A stretch of 64,000 bases of DNA from IMG/VR virus record IMGVR_UViG_3300029922_000001, positions 248,001 through 312,000 of that record; one strand, given 5' to 3'. The notes below the pieces were generated by a model that worked only from the letters and a program-made list of their open reading frames with translations, was not told the DNA's origin and searched no databases. The first letter of the stretch is position 1; each line of letters opens with the position of its first letter. Shown piece by piece: positions 7,851 to 18,291 of the stretch. Position numbers and translations under genes: made by a program.

Positions 7851-8397
7851 TCATTTACCAGGACCCCACTCAAGACCAGGGAATTTATTTAAATTTTCCT
7901 CAATTTCTTTCCAGGGTGTGATTGATAGATATGGCTCTTTCGCCCAAGGCACATGTGTAATCTCTGTAACGTACTTGAAATCAGGAATATAAGCTTGTGC
8001 ATCTTCCAGAGAATCAAATTCCATTTCTACGATTACATAATACTGACCAGGATATTCATTAATTTGTTCTCCTGTTGGAATAATGTGTCGTGTTTTTTTA
8101 GTTTTAGTCATCCAAGGTGTAAGATACCAAAGCGGGAAAAAGACAAATTTAGGGATTTTAAAGTTATATTCCTTCCTGTCCTAAATTGGTCTGTTTATTC
8201 TTGTTTTTCTTGAATGTCAATTCGTATGTGCGGTCTTCATCTGAATATAATTCTTCATAGGTAATGATAGACTCACGAATTCTGAGATTTTTAATTAAAG
8301 GGAAATATCCTTGGGAAATGTCATGCCATTCTATAACATTTTCCCAAGGAATTTGGGTTGGTCGCACTATAAACTTGCGTTCAATTTCATTAGCCAT
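7851..8397 (-). pseudogene. second CYTH paralog, split by a +1 frameshift near 8180
   Basis: The N-half MANEIERKFIV (from 8397) and the C-half RKEYNFKIP...VEMEF are in different frames; 32 identical nt shared with the first copy's start. Confidence 0.75.
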
Positions 8398-8404
8398 ATG
8401 GCTA

Positions 8405-9382
8405 TTATACTTGAGCAAGTTCGGCTTGTAGCTCTTTAATGCGCTTTTGGAGTTCAAGTTTCTTTTTAAGTGTCGCTTCTTCTCTAAGCAAAGCTTGGAA
8501 TTCAGCATCAACTTCTTCCACTGCAACAGTCTCTAAAGCAACATGCTTCTTTATGGCTTTAGCTGCTTTAGGCATTTCTGTAGCCAAGATTGGTACATAT
8601 CCTCTTAGTATAAGAGTAAGACTTGTTGCATGATCTTCAATATCAATCCATTCTTTTTGACCAAAGGTTTGATTGGATCTGCTACCTTCAACAGTGCAAA
8701 CATCTTGTTCTCTTGATTCATTTAAAGATTTTGGCATAGCATTCGCAAATGAGTCTAAAGAATCCATTGACATGCTTGAAGCGGAATATGTTGGAGAACC
8801 AAAGCTTAATGAATTCAGTGAATTTACTGAATCTGAGCATAATCCTCTTACATTGCTTTTCATGGAAGATTGACCAATTAAAGCATTATTACTACCACAC
8901 CAGACTTCATCATGTCGTCTAGGGTAATGCTTGTAAGGGTATGAATAATCACGATACCAAGGATATGAATAATCATGATAATGATGATGATCTACTACGA
9001 TTGGAATGTAGACTGGTTGTGGTTTTTCTTTTTCTAACCAGAAGAAGGCTTCAACAACACCTTTGGAGCGGTCTTCATTAGAACCATTTTTTCCAAAATC
9101 AATAGCGTCATTACTGTCTAAAGCAGCTAATTTAAAGCATTTGTTGGTTTCATAGAAGCGTTCAAGATCAATTGCGCTGTTAGCGTTAATAATATATCCA
9201 TCACCGGATACATTTTCCCCGTCAATATGAATTTTGACCAAGGCTCTACGATTGTTTTTGTTTCTGAGGCGTAAACTATATTCTGATCCGAATGGAACTA
9301 GTACAGAATGATCGTTTCTCTCTGGGAGAAAGTCGTTTTGATTTTTGAGCTTGATAGCAAGCACGAAGTTTTTGTTATACAT
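8405..9382 (-). CDS. conserved hypothetical large-phage protein with C-terminal coiled coil
   Basis: MYNKNFVLAIK...PFGSEYSLRLRNKN...IHIDGENV; start corrected using the TATAAT box. Confidence 0.75.
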   Translation of the reverse strand: MYNKNFVLAIKLKNQNDFLPERNDHSVLVPFGSEYSLRLRNKNNRRALVKIHIDGENVSGDGYIINANSAIDLERFYETNKCFKLAALDSNDAIDFGKNGSNEDRSKGVVEAFFWLEKEKPQPVYIPIVVDHHHYHDYSYPWYRDYSYPYKHYPRRHDEVWCGSNNALIGQSSMKSNVRGLCSDSVNSLNSLSFGSPTYSASSMSMDSLDSFANAMPKSLNESREQDVCTVEGSRSNQTFGQKEWIDIEDHATSLTLILRGYVPILATEMPKAAKAIKKHVALETVAVEEVDAEFQALLREEATLKKKLELQKRIKELQAELAQV

Positions 9383-9592
9383 ATTTTTAACCATTATAAT
9401 CCTAACTCTTGTCCTCATGAGAGCGTGATTCGGCACCTTAATGGCGAGTGCCAAGGACAATTCTATTATACACCCGTTTTGAGGTTTTTTACCTTCGGAT
9501 TAAAAAACAGTCCAAACACAATAAAATTAATTATAATAAATTACCTTGTGAATAGGCTTGACAGTCTGAGGAATAGGAGGTATTATAACAAC

Positions 9593-10891
9593 ATGAGTAG
9601 CATTCTCGCTAGTAAGAAATACATTTATACGGATATCCAGGCGAATAACAATAAGTTCTGGAATATTGACCGCTATGACGATCATACAGTAATTACACGT
9701 TGGGGACGTGTTGGCGACAAAGAACAAAGCAAATCTTTCCCACATGGATCTGAAACTTCCGCAATTGCTTTTTTTAATCAAAAGTGTAGTGAAAAATCCA
9801 AGAAGGGTTATACCGAACAACGAACCATTGAATCCAATACTACCGTAAAGCAAACAACCGTTGCTTCATCCAATCTTGAAAGTATTGCTAAAAGACAGAT
9901 TCAAACTAATTCACCTGAACTAGATGCTTTGATTTCAAGGCTTACCAAAGCTAACATTCATAGCATTGTCGCAAACAGTAATATTAGCTATAACGATACA
10001 ACTGGTTTGTTTTCAACGCCATTAGGAATTATTGATGAAGATGCGATTTTGGAAGCTAGAGAACTTCTAGTGTCCATTAATTCTATTGTTCTCAATAGAG
10101 ACTTTGGAAATAAGGATTTTGCTGGAATCACCAATAAGTATTTTAGAATCGTTCCTACAGTTATCGGTAGATATCGTCAAGAACCTCAAGACCTATTCCC
10201 TAATAAGGAAACCGTTGTAAAGCAAAATGATCTTTTGGACTCACTTGAAGTCAGCTTGCAAACTGCTAAGGCAACCCCTGTAACTGCTACAACATCTGTT
10301 GAACCTGAAAAGAACATCTTTAATGTTAAGCTTCATGTGGTTGATGATCTTCCTGTTATTCAACGAATTACAGCCAAATATCAATCAACAATGAATCGTG
10401 GTCATCAGTGTTCCCATCTTGGTGTTAAGCGTGTTTATGAATTAGAAATTGGTGCTATGAAGACTGCTTTCGAAAATAAGGGTAAGCAAATTGGTGGTAT
10501 TCAAGAGTTGTGGCACGGTTCAAGAGTTGCCAATATTCTTTCTATTCTCTATAAGGGAATGATTATCCCACCTTCTAATTCTAGTTTTGTGGCTGGTCGT
10601 TTGTTTGGAGACGGTTTGTATTTTGCCAACCAAAGCACAAAGTCTCTTAATTATTCTTATGGATATTGGGATGCTAAAGGCAAGGACGAAAATTGCTTTA
10701 TGTTCCTTTGTGATGTAGCTATGGGCAAGCACTATACTCCTAAGTATTTACAATCCAATATTCCTGCTGGATATGATAGTTTCTGGGCTAAGGCTGGTAT
10801 TTCTGGCGTACAGAATGATGAAATCATCGTTCCACGTCTTTATCAAGCCAATCCTAGATATTTGATCGAATTCTCACCAGGTGGTAGATAA
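9593..10891 (+). CDS. WGR-domain PARP-like ADP-ribosyltransferase
   Basis: NNNKFW...RWGRVG (WGR); STPLG...TNKYFRIVP (regulatory domain); LWHGS, GDGLYFA and NDEIIV (H-Y-E triad); TTGACA-17-TATTAT promoter sets the start at 9593. Confidence 0.93.
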   Translation: MSSILASKKYIYTDIQANNNKFWNIDRYDDHTVITRWGRVGDKEQSKSFPHGSETSAIAFFNQKCSEKSKKGYTEQRTIESNTTVKQTTVASSNLESIAKRQIQTNSPELDALISRLTKANIHSIVANSNISYNDTTGLFSTPLGIIDEDAILEARELLVSINSIVLNRDFGNKDFAGITNKYFRIVPTVIGRYRQEPQDLFPNKETVVKQNDLLDSLEVSLQTAKATPVTATTSVEPEKNIFNVKLHVVDDLPVIQRITAKYQSTMNRGHQCSHLGVKRVYELEIGAMKTAFENKGKQIGGIQELWHGSRVANILSILYKGMIIPPSNSSFVAGRLFGDGLYFANQSTKSLNYSYGYWDAKGKDENCFMFLCDVAMGKHYTPKYLQSNIPAGYDSFWAKAGISGVQNDEIIVPRLYQANPRYLIEFSPGGR

Positions 10892-10925
10892 GATCAAGCC
10901 TGTTCTTGAGGTATAATAAATCATT

Positions 10926-11354
10926 ATGGTACTTCAAGAACAGGCTGAAACCCGCGCAATGCGGAAACGAGCTAGAAAACTCAAAGAACGCAAACCAAAG
11001 AAAACACCTTGGGAATTGCGTCGTGAGCGTTATGAACGTGAAAATCCACCCGCCCCACGAGTTTGGTGGCATGTCATTCGTGTTTCTGACTATTTTTATG
11101 AAGCCAACGAACATCGTAGTGCTTGTCGTAATGTTACTTTTTCAATTGGTGGATGTTATGAATCTAAAAATCAAGCCGCAAAAGCTAGAAACCAAGAAAC
11201 AAATTCACATGAACATGATGAAGATCATAATAGGTTTTGTGTGCGGAAAAGATACGCTGGAGAATCTGTGTTTCAACTTAAACAACGTATGGAAATGGAA
11301 CTTTATGGAAAAGTTATCTCCAAATATGAATATTTAGAAAGACAGAATCACTAA
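10926..11354 (+). CDS. hypothetical protein
   Basis: ORF track; GAGGTATAAT upstream. Confidence 0.7.
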   Translation: MVLQEQAETRAMRKRARKLKERKPKKTPWELRRERYERENPPAPRVWWHVIRVSDYFYEANEHRSACRNVTFSIGGCYESKNQAAKARNQETNSHEHDEDHNRFCVRKRYAGESVFQLKQRMEMELYGKVISKYEYLERQNH

Positions 11355-11362
11355 AATAAAGT

Positions 11363-11836
11363 ATGGAAGAACAAATTGAACAAAGACCTGATCTTGAACA
11401 CGCATTAAGTAATTTAATCAATAGCTATAGTCAAGAAAATCTTAGTAATACACCAGATTTTATTTTAGCTCAGTACCTTTTAGATGCTCTTAATGCCTTT
11501 AATAAGGCGACTAATAGCCGTAATAAGTGGTACGGTCACGATAAAACTGAGTGGTCAAGTGATCGAATCAACACCATAGAAGAAGTTTTACCCTTACAAG
11601 AAGAAATAGCTTTTTATGAAGAAAATCTAGAGGAATGGTTGGAACATTATTATGGATTAATTGTATTGGTTAAAGGACGTAAATTAATTAATATTTTCAA
11701 GAACCATGACGAAGCACTTATGAGTGCAGCTAAACAATTCGGTAGAGGTCCTTACTTAATTCGTCAAGTTCTTAAAGAACAGCCTGTTGTAAGTATACCT
11801 ACTGTGTTTCTAGGGTCAAATGTTATTAAAAGTTAG
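11363..11836 (+). CDS. hypothetical two-domain protein
   Basis: LINSYSQENLSNTPDFILAQYL N-terminal motif. Confidence 0.75.
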   Translation: MEEQIEQRPDLEHALSNLINSYSQENLSNTPDFILAQYLLDALNAFNKATNSRNKWYGHDKTEWSSDRINTIEEVLPLQEEIAFYEENLEEWLEHYYGLIVLVKGRKLINIFKNHDEALMSAAKQFGRGPYLIRQVLKEQPVVSIPTVFLGSNVIKS

Positions 11837-11843
11837 AACAAAA

Positions 11844-12065
11844 ATGTTAGGGTTTCCTCCGTATAATTCAACGTATAATTCAACGTATTGGATACGTAAA
11901 GATCATTGGGACACCAAAAGCTATGATCAAATAGTTTTGTGTAATAAAGCTGGAAAAGCATATCATTATGCGGAAAATGGGAATATTACAGTCAGACCTA
12001 AAGGCAGGAATGGAAGTGATATTATTTCCATTCCTCGTGATAAGGTCATATTCGTTGAGGTATAA
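11844..12065 (+). CDS. hypothetical protein
   Basis: ORF track, start uncertain. Confidence 0.5.
   Translation: MLGFPPYNSTYNSTYWIRKDHWDTKSYDQIVLCNKAGKAYHYAENGNITVRPKGRNGSDIISIPRDKVIFVEV
11860..11888 (+). repeat. 12-bp tandem repeat CGTATAATTCAA (about 2.4 copies) containing a -10 box
   Basis: Read directly from the sequence. Confidence 0.85.
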
Positions 12066-12072
12066 TCAAGAT

Positions 12073-12291
12073 ATGAAAATGCAAGACTTGATTGATAAAA
12101 TGATTAGAGAGTATTCTGAAGAAGATAGAAAGCGATTAGAAGTCGTAATTTGCGATTATGATGAAACCGCTTCTTATGGAGACGGATATACAAATTATCC
12201 TGTGCAATATATCACTTTGGAAAAGGGTGATTACGAAGAAGTGGATGGTCCTGGTTACGTAAAAGATACTGAATATGTGGTGATATCATGA
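12073..12291 (+). CDS. hypothetical protein
   Basis: GAGGTATAAT-6nt-ATG; MKMQDLIDKM. Confidence 0.7.
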   Translation: MKMQDLIDKMIREYSEEDRKRLEVVICDYDETASYGDGYTNYPVQYITLEKGDYEEVDGPGYVKDTEYVVIS

Positions 12292-12396
12292 TGGTAAAAT
12301 AATTGTATGTTACTAAGAGTAACATACAAGCACTACAGCAAAAATCTATAATAATATTAAATATAGAAATTTAAAATTATATACACGAGTATAAAT

Positions 12397-12909
12397 ATGA
12401 AAAATTTTATTATAGACGTAGAAGCTAATGGACCCTGCCCCGGTCTTTATAGTATGGTGAGTTTTGGGGCTGTTTTAGTAGACGGTAAAAATCAAGTAAC
12501 ATTCAAAGGTGAAGTTAGACCAATTACTGAATTATACGATCAAGGTGCTTATGATGCTATTGGTGTAACCTATGCAGAACACTTAACGTATGATGATCCT
12601 GAAAAGGTTATGCTTGCTTTTAATAAGTGGGTTAATAATACCACAGGAAATGATAGGGCTACTTTATGGAGCGATAATAACCAATTTGATGGACAATATA
12701 TGAATTATTATTTCCATAGATATGTGGGAAGTAATCCATTTGGATTTTCTTCAAGACGTATTGGTGATTTGTATTCTGGATATGTTAAAGATATTAGTAC
12801 AGCCACTAAATGGAAGAATTTAAGAGATACAAAACACAATCATGAGGCTTTAACAGACGCTATAGGCAATGCCGAAGCCTTATGGAAAATAATGCAATGG
12901 ATGAAATAA
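12397..12909 (+). CDS. DEDDh 3'-5' exonuclease (Rv2179c-like)
   Basis: IIDVEANGP...SDNNQFD...HNHEALTDA. Confidence 0.88.
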   Translation: MKNFIIDVEANGPCPGLYSMVSFGAVLVDGKNQVTFKGEVRPITELYDQGAYDAIGVTYAEHLTYDDPEKVMLAFNKWVNNTTGNDRATLWSDNNQFDGQYMNYYFHRYVGSNPFGFSSRRIGDLYSGYVKDISTATKWKNLRDTKHNHEALTDAIGNAEALWKIMQWMK

Positions 12910-13052
12910 ACAATTCCCTAATTTATAGGGATAATGCCCTATTATCCTTACAAAAGATGCTGACAGTATGTGCATAGTTTTGTGATCTTGCGCTTTATTT
13001 GTATTTTTTAAATAAAGCAGGAAAAAATACCTGCATATCGTCAAAATACATT

Positions 13053-13745
13053 ATGGGGCTAAGTAAAGTATTCATAAACTTATTCATTGTTCTATTATGT
13101 TGCCAGGTGTTTGCACAAACTCCAAACAACAAACAGATAATCAATGATACTAAAGACGCTATTGTTTTAATCTCTGTAAAACACAGAGAAAATGGAGAAT
13201 TTTTTCCCGCTGGTACTGGGTGGCTTTATAAAGATGGCAATCATATAGCTACAGCGGCACATGTCGTAAGTGAAACTAAAGATCATAAACTTGTCGTAAG
13301 TTATGCTGTTAAAGTTACTTTTACAGATGGTGAAGAAGAAAGTGCTGAGACTATATTATCAAAATTTACAGATGTTGCAGTTCTAACTATTAAAGCTAAA
13401 AAAGAAAGGAACCCCTTAGTTTTAGCTAATAAAAATCCAGAGTTATGTGATTTTCTTATTGGTTCAGGTTATGCTTTAGGAAAATCAACAATTACTGTAT
13501 TTGTTGGTATTGTTTCAGGCGAATCAGAAAATTTTGGATATGATGGATTTCCTTATTTGGTAGACGCAATGCAAACAAATGCTATCATCTGCCCAGGTCA
13601 TTCAGGCAGTGCTGCGCTAAATAATAAAGGTGAAGTCATTGGTCTAATTGTGGCAAACTCTTATCAGTGTCCTTCTAGAAATTATTTTATACCTAAAGAT
13701 ATTGTAGAGAAAGAATTAAAGCTATTATTGTCTGACGAGACTTGA
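13053..13745 (+). CDS. secreted trypsin-like (S1) serine protease
   Basis: Signal peptide; triad in TAAHVV, TDVAVL and GHSGS. Confidence 0.9.
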   Translation: MGLSKVFINLFIVLLCCQVFAQTPNNKQIINDTKDAIVLISVKHRENGEFFPAGTGWLYKDGNHIATAAHVVSETKDHKLVVSYAVKVTFTDGEEESAETILSKFTDVAVLTIKAKKERNPLVLANKNPELCDFLIGSGYALGKSTITVFVGIVSGESENFGYDGFPYLVDAMQTNAIICPGHSGSAALNNKGEVIGLIVANSYQCPSRNYFIPKDIVEKELKLLLSDET

Positions 13746-13776
13746 CTTTTATATAGTCCATGTCAGTATAATACGT

Positions 13777-14013
13777 TTGATGAAAAATGATGCATTGAAA
13801 AAGTTGTTCAGTGGTGTTATGCTTATAGCATACGCTCTGTTTATGGCACTCTACACTCCTGTTAGTCAAACAGCTAATTCTTTGGCTCAAGCACATAATG
13901 CTTTACCTACCACAGATACAACTTTAGTATTTTTGCATAGCTGGGGATTGGTAGCAGTTCTCATTGTGTTGTTTGTGATTTGGCTCCCAAATATCCTAAA
14001 AGGTACAAAATAA
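13777..14013 (+). CDS. two-helix membrane protein
   Basis: Two hydrophobic segments; abuts the SPFH gene. Confidence 0.75.
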   Translation: MMKNDALKKLFSGVMLIAYALFMALYTPVSQTANSLAQAHNALPTTDTTLVFLHSWGLVAVLIVLFVIWLPNILKGTK

Positions 14014-15012
14014 ATGAAAATTAAAAAAATTATTTCGTTAATGTTTCTCGCTGTTGTAGCTATGTATGCTACTGGTTGCAAGCCTTATATGCAACCTAAA
14101 TTCGAAGACGTTGGTCCTTCCGAAACAGCTTTCGTTATCCCTCTTGAGGGTGATGCGACTACTCAAACTAAGATGCAATCTGAAGATATGTTGCGACAAC
14201 ATATGGTTTCAGCAAAGCGTATTCAAGTTTCACAACGTGAAGTTTCCGTTGGACGTGGTTGGTGGGCTGTGCAATATCTTCCAACTGTGCGTGTTATCAA
14301 GGTTGACCGTGCTACTGTTACTCGTGAATGGACAGAAGATGACAAGTCTGGAACATCAGAACGAAATCAGGCTATTGGTGCGAACACCAAGAATGGTCAA
14401 GGTTTTATTGCCAGAATGAACATTGCGGCTCAAATTCAAGAAGATGACGCTCCTAAGTTCCTCTATTACTACGCTTCTCGTAAGCTAGAACAGGTTATGG
14501 ATGCTGAAATCTATAGTCGTATCAGTGCTAGATTCGTAAATGAATCAGAACAGTACACTACTGATGAATTGATGTCCTCAAAGGGCAAGATCATGGACAA
14601 GGTTAGTGCCGATGTACTACCTTACTTCAAAGAGCGTGGTGTAACTATTACAGTATTGGGTCTAAAGGGTGAACTCAAGTTCACAACTCCAGAAGTCCAA
14701 GCCACAATGGATAAGAGTTTTATTACCGCTAAAGAAGCGTTGAATCAAGATTCCATTAACTCCAAGAAAGAGAAGGAAGCAAAAGCTATGGCTTTGTACG
14801 GTAAGACCTTGCTAAGTCCAGAAGGTCAGGCTGCTACCAATCTTCAACTCAAGCAAAAAGAGCTAGAGAACCAAACAGCACTTATTGCGGCATACACAGA
14901 ATATGTTAAGACTTGGAACGGTGTCGGTCCAGTTGTTACAAGTTCTGGAAGCAGTATGTTGAACTTCCCATCTGAACTCCTAGAATCTTCTAAGCCAAAA
15001 GCTAAGAAGTAA
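14014..15012 (+). CDS. SPFH/band 7 domain lipoprotein-like protein
   Basis: Lipobox-like ATGC; LEQVMDAEIYSR...LPYFKERGVTITVLG; C-terminal YVKTWNG. Confidence 0.75.
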   Translation: MKIKKIISLMFLAVVAMYATGCKPYMQPKFEDVGPSETAFVIPLEGDATTQTKMQSEDMLRQHMVSAKRIQVSQREVSVGRGWWAVQYLPTVRVIKVDRATVTREWTEDDKSGTSERNQAIGANTKNGQGFIARMNIAAQIQEDDAPKFLYYYASRKLEQVMDAEIYSRISARFVNESEQYTTDELMSSKGKIMDKVSADVLPYFKERGVTITVLGLKGELKFTTPEVQATMDKSFITAKEALNQDSINSKKEKEAKAMALYGKTLLSPEGQAATNLQLKQKELENQTALIAAYTEYVKTWNGVGPVVTSSGSSMLNFPSELLESSKPKAKK

Positions 15013-15039
15013 TAACTATCATCCCGAAAGGGATTCGCG

Positions 15040-15321
15040 ATGAATTATATATCCACTTTTATTTTTGTTATAGTAATGTTGGCATTATATGGGTTTTTCT
15101 GGTGTGTGATTAATTATCAATTATTATGGTTTTGGTATTTGAGAGCAACCGCTAAATCATATCGTAAAGTTGGTGGATCTATTATTGACCATTCCACACC
15201 GGACAGCATAACCCTTAGAAATCACGAAGGTTTAACCACATATTCTTGGCAAGAAGTTTTTTCTAAATTTCCTGAAGAAAAAGAAAATTTAGTTGTTCAA
15301 CATGAGCTAAATTATTTATAA
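15040..15321 (+). CDS. hypothetical membrane protein
   Basis: N-terminal TM segment. Confidence 0.65.
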   Translation: MNYISTFIFVIVMLALYGFFWCVINYQLLWFWYLRATAKSYRKVGGSIIDHSTPDSITLRNHEGLTTYSWQEVFSKFPEEKENLVVQHELNYL

Positions 15322-15384
15322 TAGTTTAAGAGATAATAGCCGTAATGGTTGACAATGCTCTGTAAATGAGGTAATATGTGTAAC

Positions 15385-16041
15385 ATGAATCCAACTCAAC
15401 AAAACTTAATGGAATTGATTCTTCAATCCAAACTCGCAAACAACGAACTCTTCACCGCTTTTGACATTACTTTGGCTATTAGAGCTAGTGGTGTTCCAGT
15501 TTTTCACAATGAAGTTCGTGAAGCTATTCATGATGCTTATCTAAATGGTGGTATGGGCAATCTTTATATTAAGACCTACCATAAGCTAGGCAATGGAGAA
15601 TCAGCGTTTGTTTTCCATCCTCACACTATCGGCGTTTATAACTACCAGATTCAACCTGTAACAGTTAATCAGCCTACTAACAAGAATTCACAACCAGCTA
15701 ACGTTGTTCCAGCTAAGATTACACCAACTTTGGTTAAGACTAAGCGTAATAGCGATCCTTCTAGCTTGACACCTGATGCATGGCAACGAATTCGTATTCC
15801 TGCTCAGCTTACAAGACAAATTGGTTTGAAGCCTTACGATTATGCTGACATCAGTTTTGATTCTAAGACCGGCACCATTCAAGTTGGTAAGGTTGGTTCA
15901 AATCCTAGCGCACTTCAATCTAATACAGTTGACCAATATGGCAACATCAGAATTGGTTTGAAACAGCACAATATTAACGCAACTCAATTTAAGACCATTC
16001 CGCTTCCTAGTAAGGGTCTTTTGCAAATCATTGCTGATTAA
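15385..16041 (+). CDS. hypothetical protein with AbrB-like C-terminal segment
   Basis: QRIRIPAQLTRQIGLKPYD resembles a swapped-hairpin DNA-binding motif. Confidence 0.6.
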   Translation: MNPTQQNLMELILQSKLANNELFTAFDITLAIRASGVPVFHNEVREAIHDAYLNGGMGNLYIKTYHKLGNGESAFVFHPHTIGVYNYQIQPVTVNQPTNKNSQPANVVPAKITPTLVKTKRNSDPSSLTPDAWQRIRIPAQLTRQIGLKPYDYADISFDSKTGTIQVGKVGSNPSALQSNTVDQYGNIRIGLKQHNINATQFKTIPLPSKGLLQIIAD

Positions 16042-16051
16042 TTTCAGACAT

Positions 16052-16086
16052 AATTTAGCCCAATCTTTTTAGGATTGGGCTAAATT
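16052..16086. terminator. bidirectional terminator hairpin between convergent genes
   Basis: AATTTAGCCCAATC / GATTGGGCTAAATT inverted repeat. Confidence 0.85.
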
Positions 16087-16088
16087 GT

Positions 16089-16781
16089 TTATTTCTTGTC
16101 AGATAAGTCTTTAGCTTCTTCTTCTGCATAAAGTAGACGATCTTCATCCTTGAAGAATGATGCATCTGACATACAAGCTGCTCCAGCTAAAGCCATACGA
16201 GAGGTTGCTTGTCCAACAGTGCTATACATAGCTCTTGTTGCACCCTTCCTATAATTAAATGAATTAGCTTGTGTTCCACCTAGCTGTTGAGCAACACCCC
16301 AAGCGTTCATGTCTGCACCCAGATAAGTGAATGTCCATTGTCCAGTAGCTTCTAATTCTGAAATCAAAGTTTTAAGCTTAGTAGTATCTTTATATTCTTT
16401 AGAAGAATTTTCATGACCATCAGTGTTAACCACTACAACAGATTTATATTCGCCTGATAGTTCATTCTTAGCTCTATAAACCGTAATACCAATACCATCC
16501 CATAATGCAGTCATGCCATTTGGAGCGTACGTATTGGTTGTTAATGGTTCTACTTCACTAAGAGGCTTATTTGCATAAACTGTAGTTACTTGATTACTGA
16601 ATTTAACGAGAGTGACATAATAAACTACATCAACGTCTTTCTTGAGGGTGTCGATATACTCATTGATACCTTCAATGAGTTCAAGTCTGACGTTTTCCAT
16701 TGAACTGGATTCGTCAAGGATCAAATATACATAAACTGGAATATTTGATGGAATCTGGGCTGTTACATTTGCTTCTACCAT
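16089..16781 (-). CDS. von Willebrand factor A domain protein
   Basis: MIDAS motif ILDESSSM; GMTALWDGI; TDGHENSSKEY. Confidence 0.92.
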   Translation of the reverse strand: MVEANVTAQIPSNIPVYVYLILDESSSMENVRLELIEGINEYIDTLKKDVDVVYYVTLVKFSNQVTTVYANKPLSEVEPLTTNTYAPNGMTALWDGIGITVYRAKNELSGEYKSVVVVNTDGHENSSKEYKDTTKLKTLISELEATGQWTFTYLGADMNAWGVAQQLGGTQANSFNYRKGATRAMYSTVGQATSRMALAGAACMSDASFFKDEDRLLYAEEEAKDLSDKK

Positions 16782-16841
16782 GCTTTATTATAAGGAAATA
16801 TTGATGGCTTTTACATGAATCAGTTATGGTATACTAACTCC

Positions 16842-18290
16842 ATGTTTGACACAGATCGTTTAATTCATTTAGAAAAGCTACAAGAAGCTGGTTTAAATCC
16901 ATTTGATAATTATGGATTTAAGATGACTTCACCAATTGGGTTATATCTTGATACTTTTAATGTATTGATTAATGCTGTTTGTTTTGATAATACACATAGT
17001 TTATGTGGTCGCATTATTTCTATGCGTATTATGGGTAATATGGCTTTTGTTGATATTTCCGATGGTTCTCACAAGGTCCAGGCTGTTTTCCGTAAGAACC
17101 TAATGGATGCTGACACTTATAAGGCATTAAGATACCTAGATGAAGGTGATCATATTGGCGTGACTGGCAATCCATTTCTTACCCAAGCTGGTGAGAAGTC
17201 AATTCTTGTTACAGAAATTAAGGTTCTAAGTAAGTGTCTTATCCCTTTACCAATTGGTAAGAGGAAGGATGGGGAAGTCTTTGATGCAGTTGTAGATCCA
17301 GATATTAGGCTTAGGCATCGTCATATTGACCTTGTAGCCAATCCAGATAATAGGGCGATGTTAATTGCACGTTCAAAGATGGTAAGCTGTATTAGGCGAT
17401 TTTTAGATCAAGAAGATTTTCTTGAAGTTGAAACACCTTTACTAACTGAGGTTGCTGGTGGAGCAAGTGCTAAGACATTTGATACTCATTATAATGCTTA
17501 TGATTTAGATATGCATCTTCGTATTTCTTTGGAAATTCCTTTGAAGAAGTTGATTTGTGGTGATATTCCTGCCGTTTATGAAATTGGTAAGGTTTTCCGC
17601 AATGAAGGTGCTGACGCAACTCATAATCCAGAATTTACACTTTTGGAATGGTATCGTGCGTATTCAACACCAGAAGAGGAAATGCAAAGGGTTCAAGATT
17701 TAGTTTCATATTTGATGCAAAAGTGGGATGCTGATCCTGCATGGGATGTAATTACTGTGCGTGATGCTATTTTAACCTATGTGCCTGATGTTTCCTGGTA
17801 TGATCTTGATGTTATTGAGAAAATGAGAGAACATGCTCGTAGAAATGGAATCCATGTAACAGATCAAGATACTATGGGGAAGATTGAAGAAAAGCTAGTC
17901 GCTAAGTTCGTTGAGCCTAATCTGTTATATCCCACATTCTTAACAGAACATCATATCAGTAATTCACCTTTAGCTAGAACAGCACCAGGGAAGCCTGATC
18001 GTGCTTATAGATTTGAAGCATATATTAATGGTTATGAAATCGCTAATGGTTATTCTGAGTTAAACAATGCAGTTGAACAAAAGGAACGATTAGAGGATCA
18101 AGTAGCTCAAAGAAATGGTGGAGACGCTGAAGCACAACCTTATGATCAAGATTTTATTTATGCTCTTGCCTCCGGTTGCCCTGCCGTAACGGGCGTGGGA
18201 ATCGGTCTAGATAGATTGGCAATGGTATTATATGGAGCAACACAAATTAGGCAAGTAATATTTTTCCCAACAATGAAGCATAGGAGTTAA
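16842..18290 (+). CDS. lysS: lysyl-tRNA synthetase (class II)
   Basis: OB-fold GRII..R..G..AFVD; EVETPLL; motif 2 FRNEGADATHNPEF; motif 3 GVGIGLDRL. Confidence 0.97.
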   Translation: MFDTDRLIHLEKLQEAGLNPFDNYGFKMTSPIGLYLDTFNVLINAVCFDNTHSLCGRIISMRIMGNMAFVDISDGSHKVQAVFRKNLMDADTYKALRYLDEGDHIGVTGNPFLTQAGEKSILVTEIKVLSKCLIPLPIGKRKDGEVFDAVVDPDIRLRHRHIDLVANPDNRAMLIARSKMVSCIRRFLDQEDFLEVETPLLTEVAGGASAKTFDTHYNAYDLDMHLRISLEIPLKKLICGDIPAVYEIGKVFRNEGADATHNPEFTLLEWYRAYSTPEEEMQRVQDLVSYLMQKWDADPAWDVITVRDAILTYVPDVSWYDLDVIEKMREHARRNGIHVTDQDTMGKIEEKLVAKFVEPNLLYPTFLTEHHISNSPLARTAPGKPDRAYRFEAYINGYEIANGYSELNNAVEQKERLEDQVAQRNGGDAEAQPYDQDFIYALASGCPAVTGVGIGLDRLAMVLYGATQIRQVIFFPTMKHRS

Positions 18291-18291
18291 A

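Noticed and set aside
9308-9592. N-terminal 95 aa of the 527-aa PARP ORF and of the 351-aa ORF on the other strand
   Set aside because: The extensions overlap each other and a divergent promoter region. Consensus promoters place the starts at 9593 and about 9382.
14066-14419. Alternative-frame and antisense ORFs nested in long genes (e.g. 6563, 14066, 22882, 34025, 39935, 54162, 55928)
   Set aside because: They are fully overlapped by better-supported genes and have no promoter or motif support.
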